Source: an uncultured Chloroflexia bacterium (lineage in GTDB: Bacteria > Chloroflexota > Anaerolineae > CG2-30-64-16). Taken from it: a stretch of 64,000 nt of DNA. This document shows positions 41,291-56,306 of the stretch, piece after piece. The notes under the pieces were generated by a model. The model ran no database searches and was not told where the DNA came from. It saw nothing but the letters and a program-made list of their open reading frames with translations. The DNA lies in contig CAVZDU010000001.1 in assembly GCA_963774265.1 (NCBI GenBank), positions 1,184,001 to 1,248,000 on the forward strand, given 5' to 3'. Numbering within the stretch: the stretch's first letter is position 1; each line of letters starts with the position of its first letter. A program made the translations under genes and the position numbers.

Positions 41291-42867
41291 CTAAATTCCG
41301 ATGTCCAGGCGATCCAGCCCCAGGATGTCGCGGTAGATGTGCTCGTCGAGCAGCGCCTGGCGCAGGCTCTGGCCCCACAGGAGCGGACGTTGGCCCTTCC
41401 AGCGGCGCTGCGCGAAGTCAGCCAGCGCGGCGGTTGCCTGCACCGCGTCTAGCTGCGCCATTTCATGCAGGATGCCCGCCGCGCGGTAGCCGCAGAAGCC
41501 ACCCTGGCACGGCCCCATGCCCAGTCGCAGATCGCGGCGCAGGTCGTCCAGCACCCATGGCGCGGCCGGGTCGGGGTGCTGCGGCCGTCGCCTGTTCGAT
41601 CTCCGCGCGTGTGACGAGCTCGCATTCGCAGACCAACTGCCCGGGCCGGTGCTCCTCTTCCAAATGCGCCAGGCGGTGTCCCAGCCAGTGCGGCTTCGCG
41701 CCGGTAGCGGCTGCCGCACGTCGGGCAGACACGAACTCTTTCGTGACGCACGGTGCGGTCACGCCGAGCTGTGCGCAGACAAGGTCGGCGGCGCGCTCGG
41801 CCATCAGCCGGTAGGTTGTGAACTTGCCGCCGACCACCGTCACCAGGCCGCCGACACCGTCGCGCTGCAGGTGATCGAGGACGGCAAAGGTGCGCTTGGC
41901 CTCGCGGCCCAGCGCACTGCCGCCTTCTTCGTAGAGCGGGCGCACGCCGGCCCAGGCGCGCAGCGCCCGCACCTGGCTGAAGCCCGGCACCATCTTCTCG
42001 CCCTCGTCCAGCATCTCTGCGGATTTCCCAGGCCTCGACGCTCGTGTCGTTCGGATCGGGCACATTGACCGAGGTTGTGCCGATGACCGCGACGGTGCCC
42101 ACGGGCACCAGGATGTCGCCGTCGCCGGGCAGGTGACAGCGGTTGATGATGGTGTTGACGAAGCGGTAGGCCATCGCGACCATGGTGCCCTTGCTGGGCC
42201 GCACGGTGACCGGGCAGCCGGCCATGCCTGCGATCTGGCCCGCCCATGCGCCGGCAGCGTTGACGACCATGGACGTGGCGAGCCGGTGCGCTCTCACCGG
42301 TCCGCTTGTTGCGCACCGTCGCGCCGATCACGCGGCCGTCCGCGACATCCAGCGCCGACGACCTCGTGGTACGTCAGCACGGTCCCATTGTGCGGCCTGG
42401 ATCGCCGCACCGAGCGCGGTGAGCACGTCGAACGAATCGCAGGACGCATCGGGCACGCGGAAGGCACGCGAAGTGAGGGGGTTGAGGCCGGGTTCTTCCT
42501 TGAGCATCTGCGCGATCGATGATTTCCTCGGCCTCGATATCGCACGCGTGACAGGCAGCGACCCACTTGTCGGCGTAAGTCAGGATCGTCGTCGGGGCGT
42601 GGTGATGAAGAATCCGCCGGTGTCCTCGATCGCGTGTGGCACGATGCGGCGCAGGATGCGGTTTTCCTCGATGCACTCGCGCGCCGATTCGGGATCGCGC
42701 ACGGCGTAGCGTCCGCCCGAGTGCAGCAGCCCGTGGTAGCGGCCCGACGTCCCGTCGGTCAGGTCGTGCCGCTCGATGAGCGCGACACGCAGCCCGCGAA
42801 GCGCCAGATCCAGCGCGCGCGCCGCCGCCGGTTGCGCCGCCGCCGATGACGAGGACATCGTACTCAT
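41291..42867 (-). CDS. glpA: Anaerobic glycerol-3-phosphate dehydrogenase subunit A (several frameshifts)
   Basis: [58 protein letters not shown]. Confidence 0.92.
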
Positions 42868-42876
42868 GCGTTCATT

Positions 42877-44376
<1,500 letters not shown>

Positions 44377-44407
44377 GGCCTCAATCTCCTCAGTGCGGGG
44401 AACGCGT

Positions 44408-44433
44408 GTAGGGGCAGGGAAGCCTGCCCCTAC
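44408..44433. repeat. GTAG-type REP-like palindrome
   Basis: GTAGGGGCAGG-GAAG-CCTGCCCCTAC. Confidence 0.75.
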
Positions 44434-44488
44434 GATATGGTGATGTATGGCCGGCGGGGTAACGCCGCCCCGACAGCTGCATTCCAGG

Positions 44489-44989
44489 TTAGAACTTGAG
44501 GAACTTGCTGCTCGGCGAGTTGCAGACGGGGCAGCGATCGGGCGCCTCGCCTTCCATGGTGTAACCACAGACGGGGCAGACGAAGATGGCGACCACGGCC
44601 GCGTCGGCGCCGGCCGCAACCGCGTCCTTGGCGCGTGCATAGAGGGCCGCGTGCACCTTTTCCGCCTCATTGGCGTCGTGCATGCTGCCAAGCGCGCGTT
44701 TTTCGTCGTCCTGTTCGGCCATCTGCATGTACTCGGGGTACATGGTGGTGATCTCGAAGGTCTCGCCGCCGAGCGCTGCTTCGAGATTTTCCGGCGTCTT
44801 GCCGACGCCCAGCGCCTTCAGGTGGTTCGTGGCGTGAATCTGCTCGGAGTAGGACGCGGCGCGGAAAAGTCGGGCGACGTTTGCCAGACCCTCGCGCTCT
44901 GCGCGATCTGCGAACACCATGTACTTCATGTGGGCCTGGCTCTCGCCGGCGAACGCATCTTTCAGATTTTTCTCGGTAGTCTCTTTCAT
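44489..44989 (-). CDS. Rubrerythrin
   Basis: AFAGESQA..KY, E..HA, GE..E...MYP, E..H, CPVCG...CPVC. Confidence 0.93.
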   Translation of the reverse strand: MKETTEKNLKDAFAGESQAHMKYMVFADRAEREGLANVARLFRAASYSEQIHATNHLKALGVGKTPENLEAALGGETFEITTMYPEYMQMAEQDDEKRALGSMHDANEAEKVHAALYARAKDAVAAGADAAVVAIFVCPVCGYTMEGEAPDRCPVCNSPSSKFLKF

Positions 44990-45118
44990 GTCGATTCTCC
45001 TATCTCGGTTGTTGCGCGCCAAGGGGTCTTCCTCGCGCAGAACACAGGCGTGAACCCGTACACAAGCATACCACGCAAGGCGCGATCCGTACATGACTCA
45101 CAGCATATTGGGTTAGAA

Positions 45119-45748
45119 TCAGCGGAGGTCGAGCTTGGGTGCACGCGGCTCGGTGCCTTTAATCAGCCGCTTAATATTGGGACGAAGCGCCCACACTACT
45201 GCCAATGCCGCCCCCAGCGCGTAAACGACGTGCAGCCAAGGGCCCAGGCCCAGTGCGGCTCGGATGGCCAGCGATAGTGGAATCACGAGCGCTATCAATA
45301 GCGAAGTCAGTGAAGCGTAGCGGATCATGTTCAAGCCCAATGGCACCAAAGGGATGAGCCACAGGGCCGAGAGGGGCCACAGTGCAACGCATACGCCGAT
45401 GTTGGGGCCCGTGCCGGCGCCGCCCTTGAAACTGAGGTATATGGGTGCATTGTGTCCGATCACGGCGGCGATGCCGGTAAGCGCCTCAGCCCACACCAGG
45501 TTGGGGGAACCATCCATAATCCAACGGGTCACAACGATCGCGAGGAAGCCCTTCAGCATGTCTCCCACGCCCGTGAGAATGCCGGCCCACCGGCCGCCGG
45601 CCCGGAGGGCATTCGTGCCCCCCGTCCGCCCGCTGCCGGTCTGGCGGATGTCCTTCCCTTTCATGGCGTAGACCACGATATAACCTACCGGGATGGCGCC
45701 GATCAGGTAACCAAGCACTACTGCCAGAACTAACCGAAACCAATCCAT
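45119..45748 (-). CDS. plsY: Glycerol-3-phosphate acyltransferase PlsY
   Basis: YLIGAIP, DIRQTGSGRTGGTNALR, DMLKG, GHNAP..FKGG.G, NIKRLIKGTEP. Confidence 0.92.
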   Translation of the reverse strand: MDWFRLVLAVVLGYLIGAIPVGYIVVYAMKGKDIRQTGSGRTGGTNALRAGGRWAGILTGVGDMLKGFLAIVVTRWIMDGSPNLVWAEALTGIAAVIGHNAPIYLSFKGGAGTGPNIGVCVALWPLSALWLIPLVPLGLNMIRYASLTSLLIALVIPLSLAIRAALGLGPWLHVVYALGAALAVVWALRPNIKRLIKGTEPRAPKLDLR

Positions 45749-45788
45749 CGCGTATCTCTCCCATCACACGTCTGCGACACAAACGAAA

Positions 45789-45828
45789 ACGCAAAACGCG
45801 CTCGTCATGAGAAACGGGCGTTTTGCGT
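45789..45828 (-). terminator. Terminator of the hybrid ABC operon
   Basis: ACGCAAAACGC...GCGTTTTGCGT stem with a T-rich tail on the minus strand. Confidence 0.65.
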
Positions 45829-45887
45829 GGACCGCGGCCCTATTTTACACAATACTGGCGGTGGCGCATAGTTGCGCCGCGCGCTCC

Positions 45888-46628
<741 letters not shown>

Positions 46629-46641
46629 TTGGGACCGCCTC

Positions 46642-47481
46642 CTACCGTTTCTCGACCGACAGACGGCGCTCCATGGCCGTGCTGACGCGGGTGAAGAATA
46701 CGGTCAGGATCAGATAGATGAGTGCTACAACCAGGTACGTGTCGAAGCTAGCAAAGGTGCGTCCCACCCACTCACGGCCTCGCCGCGTGATATCTTCAAG
46801 GCCCAGGACGGAAACCAGGGAGCTATCCTTCAACAGCGTCACAAACTCGTTGCTGACGGGCGGCAGAATGACGCGCACCGCTTGCGGGAGGATGATATAG
46901 CGCGTCGCCTGGAGATAGTTCATGCCCAAGGAGCGCGAGGCCTCCATCTGACCCTTGGCGATCGACTGGATGCCTGCGCGAAAGATCTCGGTCATGTACG
47001 CGCCGAAGGCGAAGGTGAAGGCGACGACGGCGGCCGGGAAACCAGCAATGCGCGCATCCTTCATGCCTAACCCTTCGCGAAATAACACGGGCAGACCGAA
47101 GTAGATCCAGAGGATCCAGACGAGCACGGGCACCCCGCGTACGATCTCTACATACAGTGAGGCAATGCCTTTGAGAATTCCGACGTTGGAGACGCGGATC
47201 ACGCCCATCACCATGCCGACCACCAGGATGCAAGCAAACGAGACGGCAGTCAGCTTCAGCGTCATGAAGACGCCGTCACCATCCGCAGGCGAACCGAACA
47301 CGTAGCGGAAGATGGGTTGGTACTTTTCGGGGAAGGCGAAGAATAAGAACGCGGCAATGATGAGGGCGCCGATCAGCAATAGCCAATAGCGATCGACGTG
47401 GGCCCACCGGCCATGCTCAGACGGCCGGGATGGCACCGGCGCGGAGCCGGTGACGATGACGGGCTTCGTGGAGTCAGCCAC
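46642..47481 (-). CDS. Polar amino-acid ABC transporter permease
   Basis: [41 protein letters not shown]. Confidence 0.95.
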   Translation of the reverse strand: MADSTKPVIVTGSAPVPSRPSEHGRWAHVDRYWLLLIGALIIAAFLFFAFPEKYQPIFRYVFGSPADGDGVFMTLKLTAVSFACILVVGMVMGVIRVSNVGILKGIASLYVEIVRGVPVLVWILWIYFGLPVLFREGLGMKDARIAGFPAAVVAFTFAFGAYMTEIFRAGIQSIAKGQMEASRSLGMNYLQATRYIILPQAVRVILPPVSNEFVTLLKDSSLVSVLGLEDITRRGREWVGRTFASFDTYLVVALIYLILTVFFTRVSTAMERRLSVEKR

Positions 47482-47572
47482 CTGTACTATCGCTCCTTCT
47501 GCGGCCTGTCAGGCCGCGTTCGACCATTTCGGATTTGAGTTCACGTTGCTGACGTCGTTGTCGCGTGATCAG

Positions 47573-48529
47573 TTATTTTCTCAAGCGCGGATCGAGCGCG
47601 TCCCGAAGACCGTCGCCCAGCAGATTGAAGCCCAGCACGGTCAGCATTATGGCGAAGCCTGGGAAAAAGACCAGGTGCGGCGAGGTGAAAACCTGGTTGC
47701 GCTCAGAGCCCAGCATGGAGCCCCACTCCGCGAGCGGCGGTTGCGCACCGAGTCCAAGGAAGGAGAGTGCAGCGGCATCCAGGATCGCGGTTGCGATGCC
47801 CAGTGTCCCCTGGACGATCAATGGCGTAAGGGTGTGTGGGAGGATGCTGCGCGTGAGGATGCGACTCCCGGGCACCCCGGTGGCTCGATCCGCCATGACG
47901 AAGTCCCACTCTTTGACGGTCAGGACACTTGCGCGCGCGACGCGCGCGTAGGCAGGGATGGAGACGATGCCGATGGCGAGCAGCGCATTAACCAAGCCCT
48001 CACCCAGCACTGTAACGATCGCAATGGCCAGCAAGAGGCTGGGGAATGCGAGCAAGACGTCCATGAACCGCATGATTATGTTGTCAGTCCATCCGCCCAG
48101 GAAACCAGCCAGCGCGCCCAAGCTGGCGCCGATCAGGATCGCAAAGCCTACCGTGGTGAAACCCACCATCAGCGATATGCGCGAGCCAAATACTACGCGG
48201 CTGAAGAAGTCGCGCACATTGCCGTCGGTGCCGAGGATGTGCTGCGGCTGGTCTGCCGGGCAGCCCAGGATATGAACGCACGGCGCCTGGCGTTTCTTCA
48301 CCGCCTCTTTGCCGATGAGCACTTGAGTGGGATCATAAGGCGCGATGGCGGGCGCGAAAATGGCGACCAGGACCAGGATCAGCAAGATCACCATGCCGGC
48401 GATGGCCGACTTTGTTCGGAAGAGCGCGCGCATGGCGTCCTGGGACGGGCTGCGCGGTGGACGGGTGATGATGACATCGGACTCGGCGCTCGCCGTGGGT
48501 TCAATAGCTGTCATCTTCGGCTTTCTCAT
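47573..48529 (-). CDS. dppC: Peptide ABC transporter permease (DppC/OppC-type)
   Basis: HILGTD..RD.FSR..FGSRISL, MRFMDVLLAFP, LSFLGLG..PP..EWG. Confidence 0.92.
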   Translation of the reverse strand: MRKPKMTAIEPTASAESDVIITRPPRSPSQDAMRALFRTKSAIAGMVILLILVLVAIFAPAIAPYDPTQVLIGKEAVKKRQAPCVHILGCPADQPQHILGTDGNVRDFFSRVVFGSRISLMVGFTTVGFAILIGASLGALAGFLGGWTDNIIMRFMDVLLAFPSLLLAIAIVTVLGEGLVNALLAIGIVSIPAYARVARASVLTVKEWDFVMADRATGVPGSRILTRSILPHTLTPLIVQGTLGIATAILDAAALSFLGLGAQPPLAEWGSMLGSERNQVFTSPHLVFFPGFAIMLTVLGFNLLGDGLRDALDPRLRK

Positions 48530-49602
48530 CCCAACCGCACACGAGGATCGAGGAATGCGTAGAGCAGATCAACGAATAGATTGATAATGACATAAGCGGC
48601 GGCGATGATGAGGGTAAACCCCTGCACGATGGAATAGTCGCGCGCCTGGATGGCATCAAACAGGATGCGGCCGACGCCGGAAAGGTTGAAAATCGTCTCT
48701 GTCAGCACCGCGCCGCCGAGCAAGCTGCCTAGGGACAGGCCAATGATCGTGACCACCGGGATGAGTGCGTTGCTCATACCGTGGCGCATCACGACGCCGC
48801 GTTCCCGCAAGCCCTTGGCGCGGGCCGTCCGTACATAATCCAGGCCCAGGACGTCCAGCAGGCTGGAGCGCGTCATGCGCGCAATAATGGCGAGCGGGAT
48901 GGTGCCCAGCGCAGCCGCGGGCAGGATCATGTGCTTGGCGGTGTCCCAGAATACCGTCCAGTTCAACGTGACCAGGCCGTTGAATAAGTGCATGTTGGAC
49001 AAGAAGTTCAGTAGCGAGTCGAGAAAACCGGGTTGCAGGCTTAAGTTCCAGGTCTCTTGCAGGGATGGCACGATCAGGCCGGGTGAGTTGCGGCCTGACG
49101 GAGGCAACTGCAAGGGTGTGTCCTTGAGCGCAAGTCCGAAAAGGTAGGCCAGCATCAAGCCCAGCCAGAAGACCGGCATCGAGACGCCGATGTTGGCGAC
49201 GACCATGGTCGCCACGTCGACGAGTGAGTTGCGTCTGTAGGCGGACCACATGCCGGCGAAAATGCCGACGATCGTGGCAAAAAGGAGCGCGCACAAGGTT
49301 AACTCGATCGTAACGGGCAGACGCTCCGCCATTATTTGTGTCACGGACCGGCCATAACGGAATGACATGCCGAGGTCGCCCTGAAAGACATCGGCGATGT
49401 AGATGGCGAACTGGGTGGGGATGGGCTCGTTGAGACCGTACCGTTCGTTGAATGCGTCGCAAACCTGGTCGGTGGCCTTTTCGCCCAACATCGCCCGGCA
49501 GGGATCACCCGGCAGCAGGCGCGCCAGTGCGAACGTGACGAACAGAATGCCGAGCAGGACGGGGATGGCAGCCAGCACGCGTTGGCTGATGAAGCGGAAC
49601 AT
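48526..49602 (-). CDS. dppB: Peptide ABC transporter permease (DppB/OppB-type)
   Basis: LPGDP, GDLGMS, SMPVFWLG, ARMTRSS, DYVRTARAKGL, GAVLTETIF. Confidence 0.92.
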   Translation of the reverse strand: MFRFISQRVLAAIPVLLGILFVTFALARLLPGDPCRAMLGEKATDQVCDAFNERYGLNEPIPTQFAIYIADVFQGDLGMSFRYGRSVTQIMAERLPVTIELTLCALLFATIVGIFAGMWSAYRRNSLVDVATMVVANIGVSMPVFWLGLMLAYLFGLALKDTPLQLPPSGRNSPGLIVPSLQETWNLSLQPGFLDSLLNFLSNMHLFNGLVTLNWTVFWDTAKHMILPAAALGTIPLAIIARMTRSSLLDVLGLDYVRTARAKGLRERGVVMRHGMSNALIPVVTIIGLSLGSLLGGAVLTETIFNLSGVGRILFDAIQARDYSIVQGFTLIIAAAYVIINLFVDLLYAFLDPRVRLG

Positions 49603-49617
49603 TGACGCTCCCGAATG

Positions 49618-49677
49618 GTAGGGGCAGGTGCAAGACCTGCCCCTACGACGCTGGGCAGGTGCAAGACCTGCCCCTAC
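49618..49677. repeat. Two tandem GTAG-type REP-like palindromes between the SBP gene and dppB
   Basis: GTAGGGGCAGGT-GCAAG-ACCTGCCCCTAC, then GGGCAGGTGCAAGACCTGCCCCTAC. Confidence 0.8.
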
Positions 49678-49686
49678 GACAACAGG

Positions 49687-52157
49687 TTATTCGGCCGGCG
49701 GTGCGTTCAGGAATTGCCCGAACAGGCCGGGGAAGTAGGTGAAGGAGCCGTCGCGGCCCACGTGCAGCGGATGCGCGGCATCCCATTGCACCGCGTAGGA
49801 CAGGATTACGTCCTTGGCATCCAGGTCACTGCCGTCATGGAACTTCACACCCTTGCGGAGCTTGAGGGTCCATTCGGTCAGGCCGGCGTTGGCTTCGTAG
49901 CTCTCGGCCAATCCGGGCTGAACCGCCGTGCCGCCGACTTCGTAGGACAACAGCGCCTCGTTGATCTGCTCGCACACGCGCAGCGACTCGCCGTCGGTCT
50001 CGTCGGCACAGTAGAGGCCAATCGGCTCAGCGTTCTGCATCCAGACGAACGTGTCCCGACCGCCCGCATCCATGACCGCGAAGCTCTCGTTGCCCAAGGG
50101 GCTGGCGTGCGCGCCGGTCACGTCGGCCTTGAAGACCGTCGCAGAACCGCCGTGCGCCACCGGCACCATCGGCACATACTTCTTGATGAGGTTATTGGCC
50201 TCGGCGTAGAGCTTGTTGCGCTCGGCCGGGTCAGACAAGGAGGCGGCTTTTTTCAAAACCGCGTGCAGGTCATCGAAGCCTTTGCCGAACGCGGGCGAGG
50301 CGCCGTCGCCGAAGTGGTAATCGAGGAAGTTGGTCTGGTCCGGGTAGTCCGCGCCCCAGCCCAAGAGATACATGCTCAACTGGCCTTGATCTGCCGCGTC
50401 CAGGAACGCGCCGGATTCCATGACCACGATGTTGACAGTGATGCCCAGCTCCTTGAGCTGTGCCTGGATGTCCTGCGCCACCAGGCCCGGCTCGGGCAGG
50501 TAACCGCGGACAACATCGCGGTAGGAGAGATCAATTGTGAAGCCCTTCTCGAAGCCGGCCTCTTTCAGCAACGCCTTGGCTGCTTCCAGATCGTAATCAT
50601 ACCACTTATCACCGTCACAACCGCCAGGAATGGCGCATGGGGTGAAGTGAGATGCGACCACAGAGCCTTCCGGATAGAAGTTGTCCACGATGCGGGCGCG
50701 ATCGAGACCGATGGCCAGCGCCTGGCGCACCTTGTCATTGTCGAGCGGGGGCTTGTCGCGGTTCATGCCCAGGTAGAAGATGTTCAACGCCTCCCGGGGG
50801 TACAGCTTCAGGTTCTTGTCAGCCGCGATCGTGGCAAAGTCATCCGGCGTGGGGTTGTCAATGCCATCCACCGTGCCGGCCTGCAACTCAAGCAGGCGGG
50901 CCGCGCCCTCCTTCTGCCAGCGGAACACCAGGGTCTTGGCCTTGGCCGGCTCACCCCAGTAGTCCTCATTGCGGGTCATAATGACGCTGTCGCCCTTTTG
51001 CCACTTCTCCAGCTTGTAGGGGCCGGTGCCGACAGGGTTGCTCGATCAGGGCGTCGCCACCACCGCCGGTGCTTTCCAGGTATTCAGAAGGATGAATCTG
51101 GAACGCAGAGAAGGCGACCTTCGAGGGGAAGGCCACATCAGAACTGCACAGCGTGAACTTGACGGTCAAGTCGTCGACTGCTTCGATCGACTTGATCTCG
51201 CCGCCGTAGTCGCAGTTGACCGCAGCGTAGCTGGTGTCGGTGACGACTGCCTGGTTTCCACCCTCCGCGGGCGCCTCAGCGGCGGCCGCACCGGGCTTCT
51301 TGCCTAACCACTTTTCGTAGATCGTGTCATATTCGCCACTGGCCTTCAGGTTTGCGAGGCCGGCGTTGAACAGCGGCAGCACGCCCTTCGGGTCGCCCTT
51401 CTGGACCGTGAGCCCGAAGGTCTCGTTGGTCGGGAGCTCCCGATGTGATCTTCAGCTTGCCCTTGAACTGCTCGGCCTGAAGCGCGTAGTTGGCCGCGAC
51501 AGGATAGTCCACAACAACCGCATCGAGGTTCCCATTGACGAGATCCTGGAGCGCAAGATCGGGTGAATCGTACTGCTTCGGGTCGACGCCGAGATCCCGA
51601 ACGGCAAACGTACCGGTGGTTTCGATCTGGGTGCCAACGCGCTTGCCGGCTAACGAGGCGCCACCGGTGATGTCGGCGTTGTCGGCCACCACCACGATGG
51701 CCTGGTTGGAGTTGAAGTAGGGATCGGAGAAGTCGTAGAGCTTCTGGCGATCTTCGCGGATGGTGACGGATGAGATGATCGCGTCATACTGGCCCGCTTC
51801 CAGGCCCGCGAAGATGCCGTCCCATGCGACGTTCTGGAACTCAATTTCGAACTTCTGGTCCGTTGCGATGGCCTTGATGAGGTCGATGTCGAAGCCGGTG
51901 AGTTCCTTGGCTTGATCGACGAACTCCATGGGCGCGAATTCCGCATTCGTGGCGACGCTGAACTTCTTCGCCGCTGCTGCAGGAACTGCAGTCGGTTTAG
52001 GGGCCTCCGTGGCCTTCGGGGCCTCGGTGGCCGCGGCAGGCTGAGCGGGGGCGGCTGTGGGCTGGGCGGCAGGGGTGGCGGGCGTGCCACACGCGGCCAA
52101 CATGCCCAGCAGCATCACCGCGACGGTCAGCAGGCTGATGAACTTAAGGTACTTCAT
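49687..52157 (-). CDS. Fused substrate-binding lipoprotein: family 3 (polar amino acid) plus circularly permuted family 5 (peptide) domain; frameshifts near 51440 and 51030
   Basis: Lipobox LAAC; FAPMEF..GFDIDL..WDGIFAGL..DFSDPY; SGEYDTIYEKW runs in frame into IEAVDDLTVKFTL; PGLAESYE..LRKGVKFHDG lies at the C-terminus. Confidence 0.85.
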
Positions 52158-52331
52158 CTTGGAAATCTCCTCCTATATATTGGTGTGTGCAAACCAAACG
52201 ATAGTGCTTGCCAACGTTAGGCGTTGGGACGGTCTCAGGCTCGTCGCACCTCCTTTCGGGGTTTCGATCGGACCGCCGTCACGCACGACGCTGTGAGGGA
52301 CGAATAGTATACGAACAGAAACGTAACCATA

Positions 52332-52359
52332 ATTATAACAGTCGTGCACTGATTGTCAA
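52332..52359 (-). promoter_or_regulatory. Sigma70 promoter of the hybrid ABC operon
   Basis: Minus strand TTGACA-16 bp-TATAAT with extended TG. Confidence 0.7.
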
Positions 52360-52390
52360 AAGAGTTTTGGAGTATGGAGAAAATCGGGGC

Positions 52391-53303
52391 TCAGGATGCA
52401 GACTGCAGCACCGTACGTCGCCAACGCAGGCTGTTGGACTCAACGAGAGGTTCGGCTTTGCCGGCGCGCTGGAGCGAAGCGAGACAGGCGAAGACGGCGG
52501 TCTGAGTGAGCCAATACGTGACGGGGTTGGCGATCATGAGGCCAAGTGAGGTGGCGGCCAGAGAGACAATTTGCCCGGTGACCTCTGCATCGGCCAGAGC
52601 GATTTCCACCGCGGCCCGGATCTCCTCTAATCGTTCGACATTAGCCCCAGCCCACTCGGCCAACGAGGACACGGCTGACCCGTGGCCGGGCACGAAGGCG
52701 CGCATATTGGCCGTCCAATTGAGGTAATGCGGACAGGGTTGCCAGCCAGGCATCCAGATCGACCATGAACGGAATGCCATGTTTTTGAAGTACGTCCGGT
52801 GCAAATACGGCATCAGAGACAAAACATGCGCCGCCGCCGGCAACCATCACCTGGTTCGGTGAGTGGCCGGGGGCAGGAATTACCCTGACCGGAACATCAG
52901 CAATCACCGCTTCGCCGGGCTGCAGCAACGCATCGATCGTGCAGGCTTCGGCCAGCGTGAACTTGTGGCGGAGCTCCGTGGGCGGCATCGCGCCTGAGAA
53001 GAGATAGAGCGGTTCCAGGATAGGATTCTCGACGATGGCGGCTTCCAGGGCTGGCGCAAAGACGGGAACGCCTGTCCGAGCCTTGATGGTTGCGGCTCCG
53101 CCGAAGTGGTCCGCGTGGGCGTGCGTGATGACGACGGCCGCCAGCCTTACCTTGAGCGCATCGATATGGCGCAGGATCTTCTTCGCCGTGTCTTTGTCCA
53201 GCCCCGAGTCGACCAGGACCGCGCGACCATCATGAACGATCAGGCCGACGTTCGATCCGCCTCGCAATAGGTAGGCGTTCTCAGTGAGTTGGACCAGGTC
53301 CAT
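52391..53303 (-). CDS. Metallo-beta-lactamase-fold hydrolase (frameshift near 52700)
   Basis: LVDSG, THAHADHFGG, PGHS, SDA, VPGHG. Confidence 0.9.
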
Positions 53304-53325
53304 AGGTTTCCTGCGGCAGAAAAAC

Positions 53326-53353
53326 GTAGAGACGTAGCATGCTACGTCTCTAC
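53326..53353. repeat. Perfect 28-bp GTAG-type palindrome after livF
   Basis: GTAGAGACGTAGCATGCTACGTCTCTAC. Confidence 0.8.
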
Positions 53354-53375
53354 AACATTGGGGAGCGCGAGATGC

Positions 53376-54087
<712 letters not shown>

Positions 54088-54921
54088 TTAGATGTCCTTC
54101 CTGACCACGCCGGCTTTGGCTACCGCGCCGCGGCCCAGGTAGGCTTCGATCACCTGCGGGTTGTCCTGGATCTCCTGCGGGGTGCCGCGCGCGATCACCT
54201 GGCCGAAGTCCATCACGGTCAGCTTCTCGCAGATGTTCATCACCAGGCGCATCTGGTGCTCGATCAGCAGGATGGTCAGGTTGAAGCGATCACGGATGAA
54301 GTGGATGTACTCCATCAGCCGGCCGATCTCGTTCGGGTTCATGCCAGCCGCCGGCTCATCCAGCAGCAGCAGCTTGGGGTCGCGTGGCCAGCGCACGCGC
54401 GATCTCGACCCGGCGCTGCTCGCCGTAGGGCAGGTTCTTGGCCACCTCGTCCTGCAGCCGGTCCAGGCCGAAGATCGCCAGGAAGTCCTGCGCCCGCTCG
54501 GTCAGCTCGCGCTCCTTGACGCTGAACTGGCCGTTGCGCGCGCAGGCCGTCGAACAATGCCGTAGCCGGCATGCGGGTGATAGGCGATGCGCACGTTGTC
54601 CAGCACGGTCAGGTTCGGGAACAGGCGGATGTTCTGGAACGTGCGGCCGATGCCCAGGTCTGCGTGATCTCGAACGGCTCCAGCCCGACCATGTGCTCGC
54701 CGTTCAACAGGATCTCGCCGCTCGGTCGGCACGTACAGGCCGGTGATCATGTTGAAGACCGTCGTCTTGCCCGCGCCGTTGGGACCGATCAGGCCGTCCA
54801 GCGCGCCCTTCTGCACCGTCAGATCGAAATTGCTGACGGCGCGCAGACCGCCGAATGCTTTGGTCAGTCCCTCGATTTCGAGAACGGGGCCAGTGTAGGG
54901 AGCAGACATCGTCGAGTTCAT
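54088..54921 (-). CDS. livG: Branched-chain amino-acid ABC ATPase LivG (frameshifted)
   Basis: GPNGAGKTT, RTFQNIRLF, LDEPAAGMN, IEHQM, VIEAYLG. Confidence 0.92.
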
Positions 54922-54933
54922 CGTTGCCCTCCC

Positions 54934-56294
54934 TCACCCGCAGCCCCGGACGGCGCCGGTGTGGCGCCCGCATCCCTGCGGACGCGGGCGAACGATCGGC
55001 TTCTTGAGGAAGCCCCATTCGACGCTGCCCAGCAGGCCCTGCGGCCGCAGCAACATCAGGAGCAGCAGCGCAATCGGATAGAGCACGAAGCGCCAGGTGG
55101 GCGCCTCGGTGCCCAGCTGGCCGAGGATCACCCGCAGCAGGCCTTCCAGGAAGAAGATCCAGCCGAACGAGGCGGCGATCGTGCCGGTCATGCTGCCCAG
55201 GCCGCCGAACACGACGATGATCAGCGGGTTGAAGCCGAGGAGGAAGTTGAAGGTGCCGGGGCTGAGGAAGCCGATGTAATGGGCATAGATGCCGCCAGCC
55301 GAGGCCGGCAAACAGGCTGCCGATGACGAACGCCAGCAGCTTGTAGTGGGCGACATCGATGCCCATCGCCTTCGCCGCCGTCTCGTCCTCGCGCACCGAC
55401 ATGATCGCGCGCCCGGTGCTGGAGTAGATCAGGTTGCGCATCACGATGATGACGAGCAGCAGGAAGATGAACGCCCAGAACCAGGTCGTCAACTTCGGGA
55501 TGCCGATCATGCCGCGGCCGCCCTTCATCTCCGGGAAGGGCAGGATCGTGTCGGAGTTGACCATCAGGGTGTAGACCACGATCGAGAACCCAGGGTCGCG
55601 ATGCCGAAGTAGTCGGAGCCCAGCGTCAGCACCGGCAGGCCGAACAGGAAACTGACTTCGGCCGCGAAGATGCCGCCGATCAGCAACGGCCAGGAAGAAG
55701 ACGATCTGCTGCGGGACATAGCCGGCCAGCGCCGGGCGCCTGGCTGCCAATAGACGGCGCCAGGGCCGGGTTGATCGCGTTGCCGATCACGACGGCCACC
55801 CAGCCTGCTAACCCGGCGCCGATCAGGTACAGCGTGAACTGCGACAGCACCGGCATCCCCTTGAAGCGGTTGACCAGCTTGCTGACGCCCCAGATCATCA
55901 GGCCGCCGAGAACGACGCCGAGGCCGGCGACCAACAGGCCGCTGGCATCGCCGTTCACCCAGCGGTAGGTGATATCGGCCGCGGCGTAGGCGCCGATACC
56001 GTAGAAGCCCCACTGGCCCAGGCTGAACTGGCCGTTGAAGCCGTAGATCAGGTTCAGCCCCAGGGCGACCATCGTCATGGTGCAGGCCTGGAAGAGCAGG
56101 CCGCTGTCGAAGTCGTTGAAGACCTGGAAGCCGCCGATGGGGGTGATGGCAAGCTGAATAATGCCGAACGCCGCAATGACGCCGGCAATCTTGACCCAGA
56201 GCTGCTTGTGCCCCAGCACCCACAGGAGGCCATACAGATAGGCCAGGACGGCGACGATCTTGAGAATCGTCGTGATCAGAAAGAAAATGCTCAT
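54934..56294 (-). CDS. livM: Branched-chain amino-acid ABC permease LivM (frameshifted)
   Basis: LGLNLIYGFNGQFSLG, DYFGIATLG, GRAIMSVREDE.AA.AMGI, GGLGS, RPQGL. Confidence 0.88.
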
Positions 56295-56306
56295 GCAGCT
56301 CCTCCC

